Assembly (NCBI GenBank): GCA_040285825.1
Contig: JAUPSS010000002.1
Coordinates: 372,001 to 436,000, forward strand
Source of the DNA: Eukaryota sp. TZLM1-RC
Taxonomy: Eukaryota > Protista > Metamonada: BaSk clade
DNA length: 64,000 bases
Direction: 5' to 3'
Position numbers and translations under genes: made by a program
Shown here: one piece after another, positions 49,504 through 58,291 of the stretch
Numbering within the stretch: position 1 is the first letter of the stretch
Layout of the letters: every line of letters starts with the position of its first letter
Notes under the pieces: model-generated
Told to the model about the DNA's origin: nothing
Seen by the model: the letters and a program-made list of their open reading frames with translations, nothing else
The model's database searches: none

Positions 49504-51108
49504 TTATAAAGACAAGCTTCGTTTGAATCTGCTTTCATCAAAAATTTCTCCATTTTCAATCGCTTTCTTTCTTGCTTTTGCCACAACAAGACACTTTTTA
49601 AACTTTGATACAGCCAAATTAACCAACAGAGTGGTTGCTACAATGTTGTGCCACTTCTGCTCTTTATCTGCACTAATTCGAGATCTATATTTGGCTAACG
49701 ATTCCACGAATCTCTTTAAGACTGGATCATTGAACAAAGACTGGGTGCCGGGAACTTTTAGATTGAACTTATCCAAAAGAGGCCTCGGATCTGCACCCTT
49801 CTCAATCAAATACTTTACAATGATTCGATGGCCAGATTCACATGCGATGCTCAATGGAGAAGGCAGTCTGGGAACTTTAATACATCCGAATACAGTTTCT
49901 GAAGCATCAGCCCTGGGGATATGGGGTGAAGCTTTGTGATTGACACCATTCTTGACTAGGATCTTGACACACTCTAACGACCCAGACCTACAAGCAAGCA
50001 TTAGAGGAGTGAATCCATTAGCGATTGGGTTAGTGTTAGGTTTGAAGGTTAAAAACTTGGAAAGAATGGTTGGTTTGTCTGAAATGCAACAGACATGGAG
50101 AGGAGAAAATGAGTTGAAATGTATTGAGGGTTGTGTCAATGATGAAGAAAGGAATTTTTTGTCAAGGTCTTTAAAAGAGATCATTGACAAGTCATTGACA
50201 AGTGCTGAATGACAAAGTTTGGTTGGAAGGTCTGAATCATTGGGTAAGGGTTCTGGTTGACAAATAGAGCTCAACAATTTTGGGTTGTTGAAAATTTCAT
50301 TCAATTGATCCTTCTTGAACTTACCAGGTTCAATATGCTCATATTCAAAAGGATTTCCTGTAAAGTCGACCCAATTTAATTCCTCTACGGACATCAATTC
50401 TTTATTGAAATATTTTATTCGATTAAAAGCCAAGTCAATTTTAGACAGCTTTGGAGGCACCACATTCGGAGCAAACTCTGTTAACCTATTATCAGAAGCA
50501 ATCAAGGAAGACAGTTTGGGAAAGGTTGCTAAACATTTGAAATTGAGTTTTGTCAGTTGGTTGTTTCTCAAGTCAAGTCCTTCAAGCCTAGGAAGGTTCT
50601 TAAGGTTCTCTGGATATGATAAAAAGAAATTTGAAGAAATATCCAAGACTTCCAAAAACTTTAGTGTAGAAATGTCATCAGGAAGAGATGAAAGGTTGTT
50701 GTTAGAGATATCCATTACCTTGAGTGACCTTAAAGAAAGAAGAGGTGGAAGTTTTGTAAGGCAGCAATGTTCAATGAGCATAGACTCGAGGAAGGGAGTG
50801 AAAAGCTCAGGGGTGAGACGATGGCCAAGGTCCATTCCGATAAGTTCTAAGTTGATGAGACGTTTGAGAGAAGCAAAGTTACGTGGAATGATGACATAAT
50901 CTTCATCTTTCAAGAAACAACGCCGTAGATTGAGTTGTTGTAAATGGCCAAAATATGGCATGATATTGGTGACCTCGAGAAGATCAGCATTGCGGAGTGT
51001 GAGGGTATAGCCATTTTTGGCAATATCAATTGATTGTTTAACATCAGGATCTTGGAAGTGAAAATCGGGTATTGATGTGTTTTTCGAACAGCTACATGAT
51101 GCACCCAT
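49504..51108 (-). CDS. Leucine-rich-repeat + ankyrin-repeat protein, predicted N-acylated
   Basis: LxxLDISNNNLSSLP repeats; GFTPLMLACRSG and SPLSIACESGH ankyrins; N-terminus MGASCSC. Confidence 0.9.
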   Translation of the reverse strand: MGASCSCSKNTSIPDFHFQDPDVKQSIDIAKNGYTLTLRNADLLEVTNIMPYFGHLQQLNLRRCFLKDEDYVIIPRNFASLKRLINLELIGMDLGHRLTPELFTPFLESMLIEHCCLTKLPPLLSLRSLKVMDISNNNLSSLPDDISTLKFLEVLDISSNFFLSYPENLKNLPRLEGLDLRNNQLTKLNFKCLATFPKLSSLIASDNRLTEFAPNVVPPKLSKIDLAFNRIKYFNKELMSVEELNWVDFTGNPFEYEHIEPGKFKKDQLNEIFNNPKLLSSICQPEPLPNDSDLPTKLCHSALVNDLSMISFKDLDKKFLSSSLTQPSIHFNSFSPLHVCCISDKPTILSKFLTFKPNTNPIANGFTPLMLACRSGSLECVKILVKNGVNHKASPHIPRADASETVFGCIKVPRLPSPLSIACESGHRIIVKYLIEKGADPRPLLDKFNLKVPGTQSLFNDPVLKRFVESLAKYRSRISADKEQKWHNIVATTLLVNLAVSKFKKCLVVAKARKKAIENGEIFDESRFKRSLSL

Positions 51109-51206
51109 TGCTGATATATTTGATACCGAGTTGAAAAGTTAGAAATGGAAAGAAATCTTTTTCGAGATTGGCCAAAAGTTTTTTTTTCTGTGGTTGAATT
51201 TTAGGT

Positions 51207-51804
51207 CAATCATTGTATTTATTGAATTTGGACACTTGATTAAATTAAATCATAACTAATGGGTCGACTATCATTAAACCAAGATTTCCTCTACAAAATC
51301 TTGATTTGCTTGCTGTCTAGCTAAAGCTTCTCTAATTCGATTGAAAAACCGCGGTAATCTATTAATAATATCAAATTGAATCCGTGAACGCCATAAAAAA
51401 ATATCAAATCTTTTCATTGTTTTTTCTTTCACCATTTTTTGGAAGTCATCCAAAAAAGTTTCTGCTTCAACTGATAATCTTCCATTTATCGAAAATGGGA
51501 AAGCAATAAAAACCAGCTGTGTATTTCTATCGACATTTGCATCTTCAATTTCTTTATCATATTTTCTATGTTTTTCTTTTGCTTTAAAATCCAGAGCAGC
51601 CACAGGATTAAGTTTTCTTCTGTGAACCAAAGTATCGTTTGCAACATTACATGAGACAAAGTCAACAATAGCTTCAGAATTATCAATCCAATCACAGTAT
51701 ACATCACCTCTATCATCAGAACCAAAATTATTCAGAGAAAGTGTTTCCTTCAGCAGGGGCTCTTTGATACACGATATCCTTGCAGTTTGTGCCATATTGA
51801 AAAC
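51207..51804 (-). mobile_element. 5'-truncated non-LTR family C copy
   Basis: Near-identical to 33480-34070; TSD ATTTTAGGT at 51198-51206 and 51805-51813. Confidence 0.92.
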
Positions 51805-51893
51805 ATTTTAGGTTGAATACAAATCCCTTTTTTTCCCTTCCCTCCCTAATCCCTCCCTAATCCCTTTTTTGTGTTTCTGACCTATTGAGATAA

Positions 51894-52188
51894 ACACTTG
51901 CTCAAAACTCTGGTCTTGATGCTGAAGAGACTATTATCAACTTGCAAGAAGAAGCCGAAGAGGGTGGCATTGTTGGTTTAGATGTCTTTTCTGGAGAAGC
52001 CTGTGATCCAAAAGAACTTGGAATTTGGGACAACTATTGTGTTTTAAGAAATATGATTCGTTCATCTGCTGTTATTTCTTCTCAATTATTGTTGTGTGAT
52101 GAAATTATAGCTGCTGGTTTGTTACCTTATGATCATTCTGTTAACTTTAGGAAGAAGCTTGTCAATGAAAGCTCAACAACAAGGATAG
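51894..52188 (+). pseudogene. CCT6: 3' fragment of chaperonin CCT6 (zeta) with a 34-nt intron (52117-52150)
   Basis: TLAQNSGLD..VGLD..GE..DP..GIWDNYCV..QLLL.DEI..AG; removing GT..TAG gives GRSLSMKAQQQG*; the 5' part of the gene is absent. Confidence 0.8.
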
Positions 52189-52446
52189 TTGGATTTGTAT
52201 TGCATAGAAATAAATATGGCTTAATTATTTGATTTTAATGTTTTAGCATTGACATGCTGTCACAACAGTGTAAATATGTGAATCTTTTGTTGGCTGTTTT
52301 AATGTTTTTCTCATTAATAGAGGATTTATAATTGCTGTTCATAAAAGGATGGTTGTGTGTTCATCAAAACAACTGAAGCTTCATGATAACATACATACAG
52401 AAATCTTTTCACTGTTTCGCAGAACTCAATAATTGTTAACAAACTT

Positions 52447-53604
52447 TTTTTTCAAGAAATTTTTTTTTATTTCATTTTAATTTTATTCAAAACCTATAAA
52501 TCAACATCTAAAAAATCCATCTCTCCCAGAACAAAAACACTAGATGCAACTCTCTCATAGTGAGATCCAAGAGAAAGCAAAGCATCAGAAACCATCTTCA
52601 ACATCCCCTTAAAAATAGAAAACACAATTCTATTTTGCCAAAACAATCTGTTGAAATTTCTGCCAGTTCTTCTCTTTACAATCATTTCAAAATCATCCAA
52701 AAAACGTAAAGCAGTTGGTGCAAGTGAACCAAAAAGGGAAAATACAAATGGATACAAATTGTATTTTGCATGCTGTTGACTGGCCAATTTGGACAAAGGT
52801 TCATTGTATTTTTTGAATTTAAAATTTTCAGCATTTGAAAGGGGATTATGAATTTCAGAATTAACTAGCCTTTCATTTGAGGCATTACAAGGATCAACAG
52901 ACATTATATCCAATAAAATGAAACTTCCATCTAATCCAGGTAATATACCATCACCTCTATTATTCTTATGAAAATCATCTTCAGCATCAAACAGATTTGA
53001 CAACAGAGGTTCCAAGAAGGATTCAATTCTATGAGATTTACACATACAATATAACTGGTCTCTTACAGCATTATGAACCTTGCTTCTAAAAGTAATAAAA
53101 TGTTGACAATTTAACAAATGAGTAGTTGTAATTTCTCGAGAACATTTACAAATTAAATTATGAGGTAAATTATCAGGCCAGATAAAGGAACGAAATCTCA
53201 TATTCAGAGTCCAAGCAGAATCGGATAAGAGAGTACCATAAACTTGTGGAATTGTTGTTAATAAGGCAGAAGAAGTACTGTCACACATATCTTGTAAAAG
53301 ATTTGCAAAAGCGGGATTCTTTTTCTTGGCCAAGCCAAGTCTAACATCAAAATCCAAGCTTTCAAAAATCTTTGACAATTTTTGTTGAAGCTTTTTACAG
53401 CAAAACTGTAAATTAAAAAGAGATCGGTTTGGAATTTCTTGAATTGATTGGGGAAAACATTTGGTCCAAATTTGTGGCGGCAATTTTTCAAGTTCACAAG
53501 ATAACTCATACAAATAGGGACTGCAATTGGGAACTAACAGATGAGAATCATCAGGAAATCTACGAGAAAATTCAAAAATAAAATTTTTGCCACCACCCAA
53601 GAAT
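52447..53604 (-). mobile_element. 5'-truncated non-LTR family A copy
   Basis: 368-aa ORF near-identical to 7270-9200; A-tail; TSD CAAACTT at 52440-52446 and 53605-53611. Confidence 0.92.
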
Positions 53605-53611
53605 CAAACTT

Positions 53612-53706
53612 CAATCATTATTGATAGTATCATTTCTGTGGAATTATCCCGGATACATCACAATTGAAGCAAGTAGCTAATCAATAATAACATGAAATCT
53701 CAGTAG
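53612..53706 (+). other. Probable solo Fanzor right-end/omega-RNA remnant
   Basis: Stem TTATTGAT/ATCAATAA followed by tgaaatctcagtag, matching the family A/B right-end motif. Confidence 0.45.
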
Positions 53707-53834
53707 ATGATGAACACTAACTACCTTTATGCCACTTGACAAACCTTATCCACACGTGTCGTATAGCATTTCGACTTTTGGTTTTCTCCAGGGTTCATTT
53801 AGGATAGATAAATTGATTGAATTTCTTAAAAATC

Positions 53835-54302
53835 TTAGGAAAACGGATTTGAAAGTGCTGCTTTGGGGGTAGTTGTTGCCAAATTGGTAGATTTGTTCAG
53901 ACCAAATCCATAGCAATTACCACAAGCAGTGAGTGCCAATGTATGATGAACACCTACACTACAAGAAACAATGTTAGAGAAGAAGGGTAACATGAAATTC
54001 TTTCTACCAGTAGCATGAGGAGGAAAATATCGGGAGAGAACACCAGGTGTTGGAGATGAGAATAAAGAAACAGAAGGTGCAACAGAGCCAATAAGGTTGA
54101 TTCGTTTTGTGCGAGACCAGAGAATTGAGTTTCCTTTAGATATGTAGCGAATTCTGTGAGATGGTACAGATAAGGCAAGAAAATCGTGAAGAGGGAGGAA
54201 GAATACACCGCCAAATCTATCCTCAAAACCAACAAAGAAACGTTCTTTAGACAAAGAAGTATCGTGGACTAATCTGTTGATGATGCTGAGAGCGTCTTTC
54301 AT
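53835..54302 (-). CDS. MJ1316/DUF504 domain fused to an RCC1-like repeat (probably frameshifted or truncated)
   Basis: INRL.HD..FFVGFEDRFGG..VPSHRIRY..ILWSR, then VSCSVGVHHTLALT..GNCYGFGLN. Confidence 0.7.
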   Translation of the reverse strand: MKDALSIINRLVHDTSLSKERFFVGFEDRFGGVFFLPLHDFLALSVPSHRIRYISKGNSILWSRTKRINLIGSVAPSVSLFSSPTPGVLSRYFPPHATGRKNFMLPFFSNIVSCSVGVHHTLALTACGNCYGFGLNKSTNLATTTPKAALSNPFS

Positions 54303-54509
54303 GAGTTACATAGAGTTGAAATTCCAGAAACTTTTACAAAGGATACCTAGTTTATGAACCTAGTTGATGAAGTGAGGGGAAAGTGTGGGAATAGTGAAAA
54401 CCTCCCAAAACCAAGTTGAGGGTTAAAAACCTCCCAGAACAGGCAACCAGAAGTCGAAAATGGGGTGACAAGTGTAAAATTTGATAGATGAGCTCTTTAT
54501 TCTCACTAC

Positions 54510-56465
54510 ATAACAGACACCCACTCTGTGTCACGTGTATTCACTCGGTCTTGTGCACTTAACTCGCTGCTGACCCTTGCAGCGGTGCAACAAATTCGGA
54601 CTGACCTTCCTGTGGTCACCGAGATTTGTCATGAAGCTTCTTTATTACTTCAATCTTTTCTTCTGAATTTTCCGTTGGCATCTAGAGCTTTAGTGGAACA
54701 GGATGTATGGTATCTGTTTATGACCGTCATCACCACTGGTTCTTTTCCTAAGCCTTCCACATCTAAAGGCCAACGCCAATTACTCCATATCTTTTACAAT
54801 GGATTTCTTCCTGAATGCCCACAAGACAGGTCTCTTGTTTCTGTGTGGGAAAATTCTTTAGTGCCTTACAGAAATTCATTAAATCTTTTTCTCAATGCTT
54901 GGCTGCAATCTCAGAATTGTAATTTTATCAATAGAAAAGAGCTTTCTCCTTACCTTGCTTGTCGGGCTCGTCAATTGGCCTCCAACGTTAAGACAAGTCT
55001 ACCTAAAATTTGTCAATCCTGGACAAAAAACTTTATTCGTGCTCATTGTAGAGCCCTGAATAAAACAAATGTCTTTGCAAATAATATTCTTTCACTTTTG
55101 CCAGATGAACCACTAGCCCAACCCGAGGAAGTAGTAGTTCATTCTGTTCTTGAATACCTCATCAATTTCAATTTGAATAATTCAAGAGAAAGATTCTTTT
55201 TATTAAATGCATGTAAGTTTATCTTGAATCTCCTTCAAAGATTTCCTACCACTGCCTCCCTACTGTCCTCACATGATAAAATCACTTTTTCATCAAAGGA
55301 AATTGGTGAGCTATTTCTCTTCAATCTTAAAATTTCACAATACTTACTCACTTTCTTTTCTCATATGCATTGCTGGAAGAAATTTAGAATAATACCTTTA
55401 GCTTCTCATAAAGGTTCTAAATTTATTGAGGTACCTTCACAAATTTTCCACTCTGTGAAAAAATTTCCAATTATTGAAGGATCATCTTCCAAAACAAAGT
55501 TTATCAAAAATACATGTCTGAAACGAATATTCAAACAATGTCCTTACCAAAAATTCAATATCAACAGAAAAAGTTTGAAAAATAGATTTAACAAAATTTT
55601 ATTGAAAACTAATGGTAATGAACTGCTTTTGACCTTTGAAGGTAAAAATAATGACTCAGAAAACACAGATGAGCTGGATGACCCACCGAAAAAGAAAAGA
55701 AGATCAAAAAATGAAATGAAAAGTGACCCTAATGCCAACAAAACCAGAGAAACACAGTTGAAGGGTACTAAAAAAATGCCCCGTCGAAGACGTAGACATC
55801 CAGTCGAAATTTTACCTGAAAGGCCCCTTATTGGTGTTGATCTTGGCCAATCAAGATTATGTGGTTACTTCTTAAATGATAATCAATGTGGAGTTATCCC
55901 TTGTCCAACTGGCAGAAGATACATGACAAAACCTTCACCCAGTAAACACTCTCCCAACCAATATTCCGTTCAAAATTTCAACCAATATTTGAACCATTGG
56001 AATTTGGTCAGGAGGAAAGTGTATTTGGAAAATAATCGCCAGAAATGGAAAATAATTAAATTTGATAACCGCAGACGAAAAGAGAGACGGTTCAGAGAGA
56101 GTCTCAACAAATTTCAAAGGCTGGCTGGACATCCTGAAAAACTCTATCTTGCTGTGGGTTCTGCTAATTTCCCTTCTCATTGCCGAAAAGTCAATCGATA
56201 TGGATCAGCAAGGGCTTTCAGAAAATGGTTGTGTTATCAAAAGGACGTGAAGCACTTGTCAACCAGTGAATTTAATACAAGCAAAATGTCAAGTTGTTGC
56301 ATGGCCGAGAATATTCAAGCAGGCTCATGGCAGATGCGTATTTGTACTGAGTGTCAAATAGTATATGACAGAGATATTTCCGCTGCAAAAAATATTCAAA
56401 TTAAGAAGAAAGCGGAATTGTGGCCGGAAAGATACATTTGCCCAGATGCTCTGTTGAGAAGATGA
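54510..56465 (+). CDS. Fanzor RNA-guided RuvC endonuclease (eukaryotic TnpB homologue); start codon reads ATA in this copy
   Basis: RuvC-I LIGVDLG, LAVGS plus rearranged RuvC-II SEFNTSKMSSCC, Zn finger CTEC, RuvC-III YDRDISAAKNI; NLS-like PKKKRR and PRRRRR; the sister copy has ATG at 37625. Confidence 0.92.
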   Translation: MTDTHSVSRVFTRSCALNSLLTLAAVQQIRTDLPVVTEICHEASLLLQSFLLNFPLASRALVEQDVWYLFMTVITTGSFPKPSTSKGQRQLLHIFYNGFLPECPQDRSLVSVWENSLVPYRNSLNLFLNAWLQSQNCNFINRKELSPYLACRARQLASNVKTSLPKICQSWTKNFIRAHCRALNKTNVFANNILSLLPDEPLAQPEEVVVHSVLEYLINFNLNNSRERFFLLNACKFILNLLQRFPTTASLLSSHDKITFSSKEIGELFLFNLKISQYLLTFFSHMHCWKKFRIIPLASHKGSKFIEVPSQIFHSVKKFPIIEGSSSKTKFIKNTCLKRIFKQCPYQKFNINRKSLKNRFNKILLKTNGNELLLTFEGKNNDSENTDELDDPPKKKRRSKNEMKSDPNANKTRETQLKGTKKMPRRRRRHPVEILPERPLIGVDLGQSRLCGYFLNDNQCGVIPCPTGRRYMTKPSPSKHSPNQYSVQNFNQYLNHWNLVRRKVYLENNRQKWKIIKFDNRRRKERRFRESLNKFQRLAGHPEKLYLAVGSANFPSHCRKVNRYGSARAFRKWLCYQKDVKHLSTSEFNTSKMSSCCMAENIQAGSWQMRICTECQIVYDRDISAAKNIQIKKKAELWPERYICPDALLRR

Positions 56466-56741
56466 ATGGGGAACCTGAGCATCCAGAAACAAAAACTTTT
56501 GAGACCGATCTACAAATGCCTAAGTAGCATTTGATAGATTCACTTAGATACATCAAGTCGCGAGGCTTTGTTCTGTGAAAGCAGTAGGTGTATTTAAGTG
56601 AGGTAGCCCATTGATGAAGATCATGATTGTCTTTGTCAAATGATGCTACATGTCTCTTACAGCCTGTGAGTAGACACTGAGGGAGTTGAAAACAGGAGTG
56701 AATTTCACAGGGGAATGCATGATAAGTGAAATTCACAGTAG
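56466..56741 (+). ncRNA. Putative omega-RNA scaffold of Fanzor A (guide would start at 56742)
   Basis: Conserved between copies; several hairpins; terminal stem GTGAATTTCAC/GTGAAATTCAC followed by AGTAG. Confidence 0.75.
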
Positions 56742-56836
56742 TCGGTGTTATTAAAAAAATCACGAATTAAAAAACCTACGAATCAGGTATCAGAGTTAAT
56801 ATTACATCACTTCCGTTTCTTTTGTCTTTTGATCTA

Positions 56837-57193
56837 ATGTCACATATCAGCAAAAAAATAGAAGAGAAATTCAAAAAACCTGATGAGAAGAGACTCCATG
56901 CCGTCTCATCATGTGATCAATGCATAGAGTTACCGTCTGAAACAGCAGTTGCCACCGTTGAAACAAGCGATTCAGCTACTGAAGAACAGCAAATGTATTA
57001 TGAACCAATTCTTAGATCAAAGCTAACACATCAGAACTATGACCGCATTACCAGAATTGATGAACCCATTACTGAAGAAGAATCTGCCTTGAAAGCGGAA
57101 GTGAAAATATCAGAACCTATTAAACGTCCCAGGGGTTACACTTCTCAAGTTATCAGGGAACAGAAAGCAAGAGGAAAAAGAGTGAATCAGTAA
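56837..57193 (+). CDS. Hypothetical protein or transposon-derived fragment
   Basis: 118-aa ORF from ATG; no firm domain. Confidence 0.3.
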   Translation: MSHISKKIEEKFKKPDEKRLHAVSSCDQCIELPSETAVATVETSDSATEEQQMYYEPILRSKLTHQNYDRITRIDEPITEEESALKAEVKISEPIKRPRGYTSQVIREQKARGKRVNQ

Positions 57194-57329
57194 ACTTCAC
57201 TGATGAAACAGTTTTCCAAATTATTGATTTATCGAATATGGATAAAAAAATATTAATAAAATAATAATAATAAATAAATAAATAATAAAATATTAATATG
57301 AATTATTGATTTATCGAATATGAATAAAA

Positions 57330-57683
57330 AAACATTAAATACACACGTAAAGCTCCACATATTCAAAATCTGCCTCCCCTACATCGAAACAATTATTTAC
57401 TAGTTATTCAGAAAATTTTCCAAAAGAAGCGAGTGAATCAGAAAGTAAGTTCATCATTCCCTTGAAATAGAAAAGACAATCCTGCTTTGCCAGTAAACAA
57501 GACTGAAAATTCTTCCAGTTCTTTCATTTACAACTACATTAATATCATCCAGGAAACCCATAGCAGCCTTACCTAAAGATCCGAGCAAGGAAAAAACAAA
57601 GCGATAGAAATTATATTGGGCATGAGAATTCATTGACAGACAGGAGAAATTGGTTTGGCGTATTTAGCAATTTTGTATTTTTC
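57330..57683 (-). pseudogene. Non-LTR RLE 3' fragment (family A-related)
   Basis: HAQYNFYRFVFSLLGSLGKAAMGFLDD..RTGRIF..YWQ. Confidence 0.7.
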
Positions 57684-58195
57684 AGGTTCAGTTCAGTTCA
57701 GTTCAAGAATAATAGGTTCAGGTTCCGAACTAGTTTGAACTGGTTCTGAACCAGTTCACCCAATGTCTCAGATTGTTTTTCTTCTACTGTCTATAACTTT
57801 TTTTCAGTTATTGCAATGACATAAAATAAATGAGTAAACCCAGTAATTAATAAATATATGCTTATTTTTTGTTTAATTTGGTTTTTCAATCTGTCAAATC
57901 AAAATTTATATTTTGCATTTGACTTCTTTCGTTGTGTGATGAGAGTTTCGAGACATGAGTCTCTCTAAAGGAATGGAAAAGATATTTAGGAAATTAGTTT
58001 GTATTGTTTTCAAAATAAAGATATTTTTTAAAAAAAGACTATTCTTTTATTATTCGGAACTGGTTCAGTACAGTACAGTTCAGGTTCAGTCTTATTAGGT
58101 TCAGTTCAGTTCAGTTCAGTTCAATTCATAGGGACAGTGGTTCAGTTCAGGTTCAAAAAAATTTTTCTGAACTGAACTGAACTTGGACAGCCCTA
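57684..58195. mobile_element. hAT-like MITE or transposon end with (GTTCA)n subterminal repeats
   Basis: Arrays of gttca/tgaac; terminus cagcccta (TAGGGCTG on minus); the other end is not evident. Confidence 0.55.
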
Positions 58196-58291
58196 TAATT
58201 CTTAAGAAGGAAGATTCAAGAATTTGTTGAAAGTTGCAAATATAAATGAATTTATTTTTTTAACTAAATCAACCGAAATAAATGACAAAAA

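Larger units (their letters stand above)
54345..56741 (+). mobile_element. Full-length Fanzor family A element (no transposase, no clear TIRs)
   Basis: Boundaries defined by loss of similarity with the 37473-40499 copy. Confidence 0.9.

Noticed and set aside
49523-50899. Long antisense ORFs over the LRR-ankyrin gene, and similar shadow ORFs over NARS, NFRKB and the channel
   Set aside because: Opposite-strand shadows of real CDSs with no recognisable domains.
53707-53717. 11-nt match of the putative guide (ATGATGAACAC) to 53943 and ~29022
   Set aside because: Too short, and not preceded by TAG at the matching sites; expected by chance.
56699-56745. Helitron interpretation of hairpin + TAG ends
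   Set aside because: Ends are GTAG rather than CTRR, and the following base varies (T, A, T, G) instead of an invariant T.
57180-57225. VNFTDETVF as a Tc1/IS630 DDE motif linked to the Fanzor
   Set aside because: A single short motif in a shifted frame, outside the element's right end; insufficient support.
57684-58180. Repeat arrays as a CRISPR array
   Set aside because: 5-nt units without unique spacers, in a eukaryotic context.
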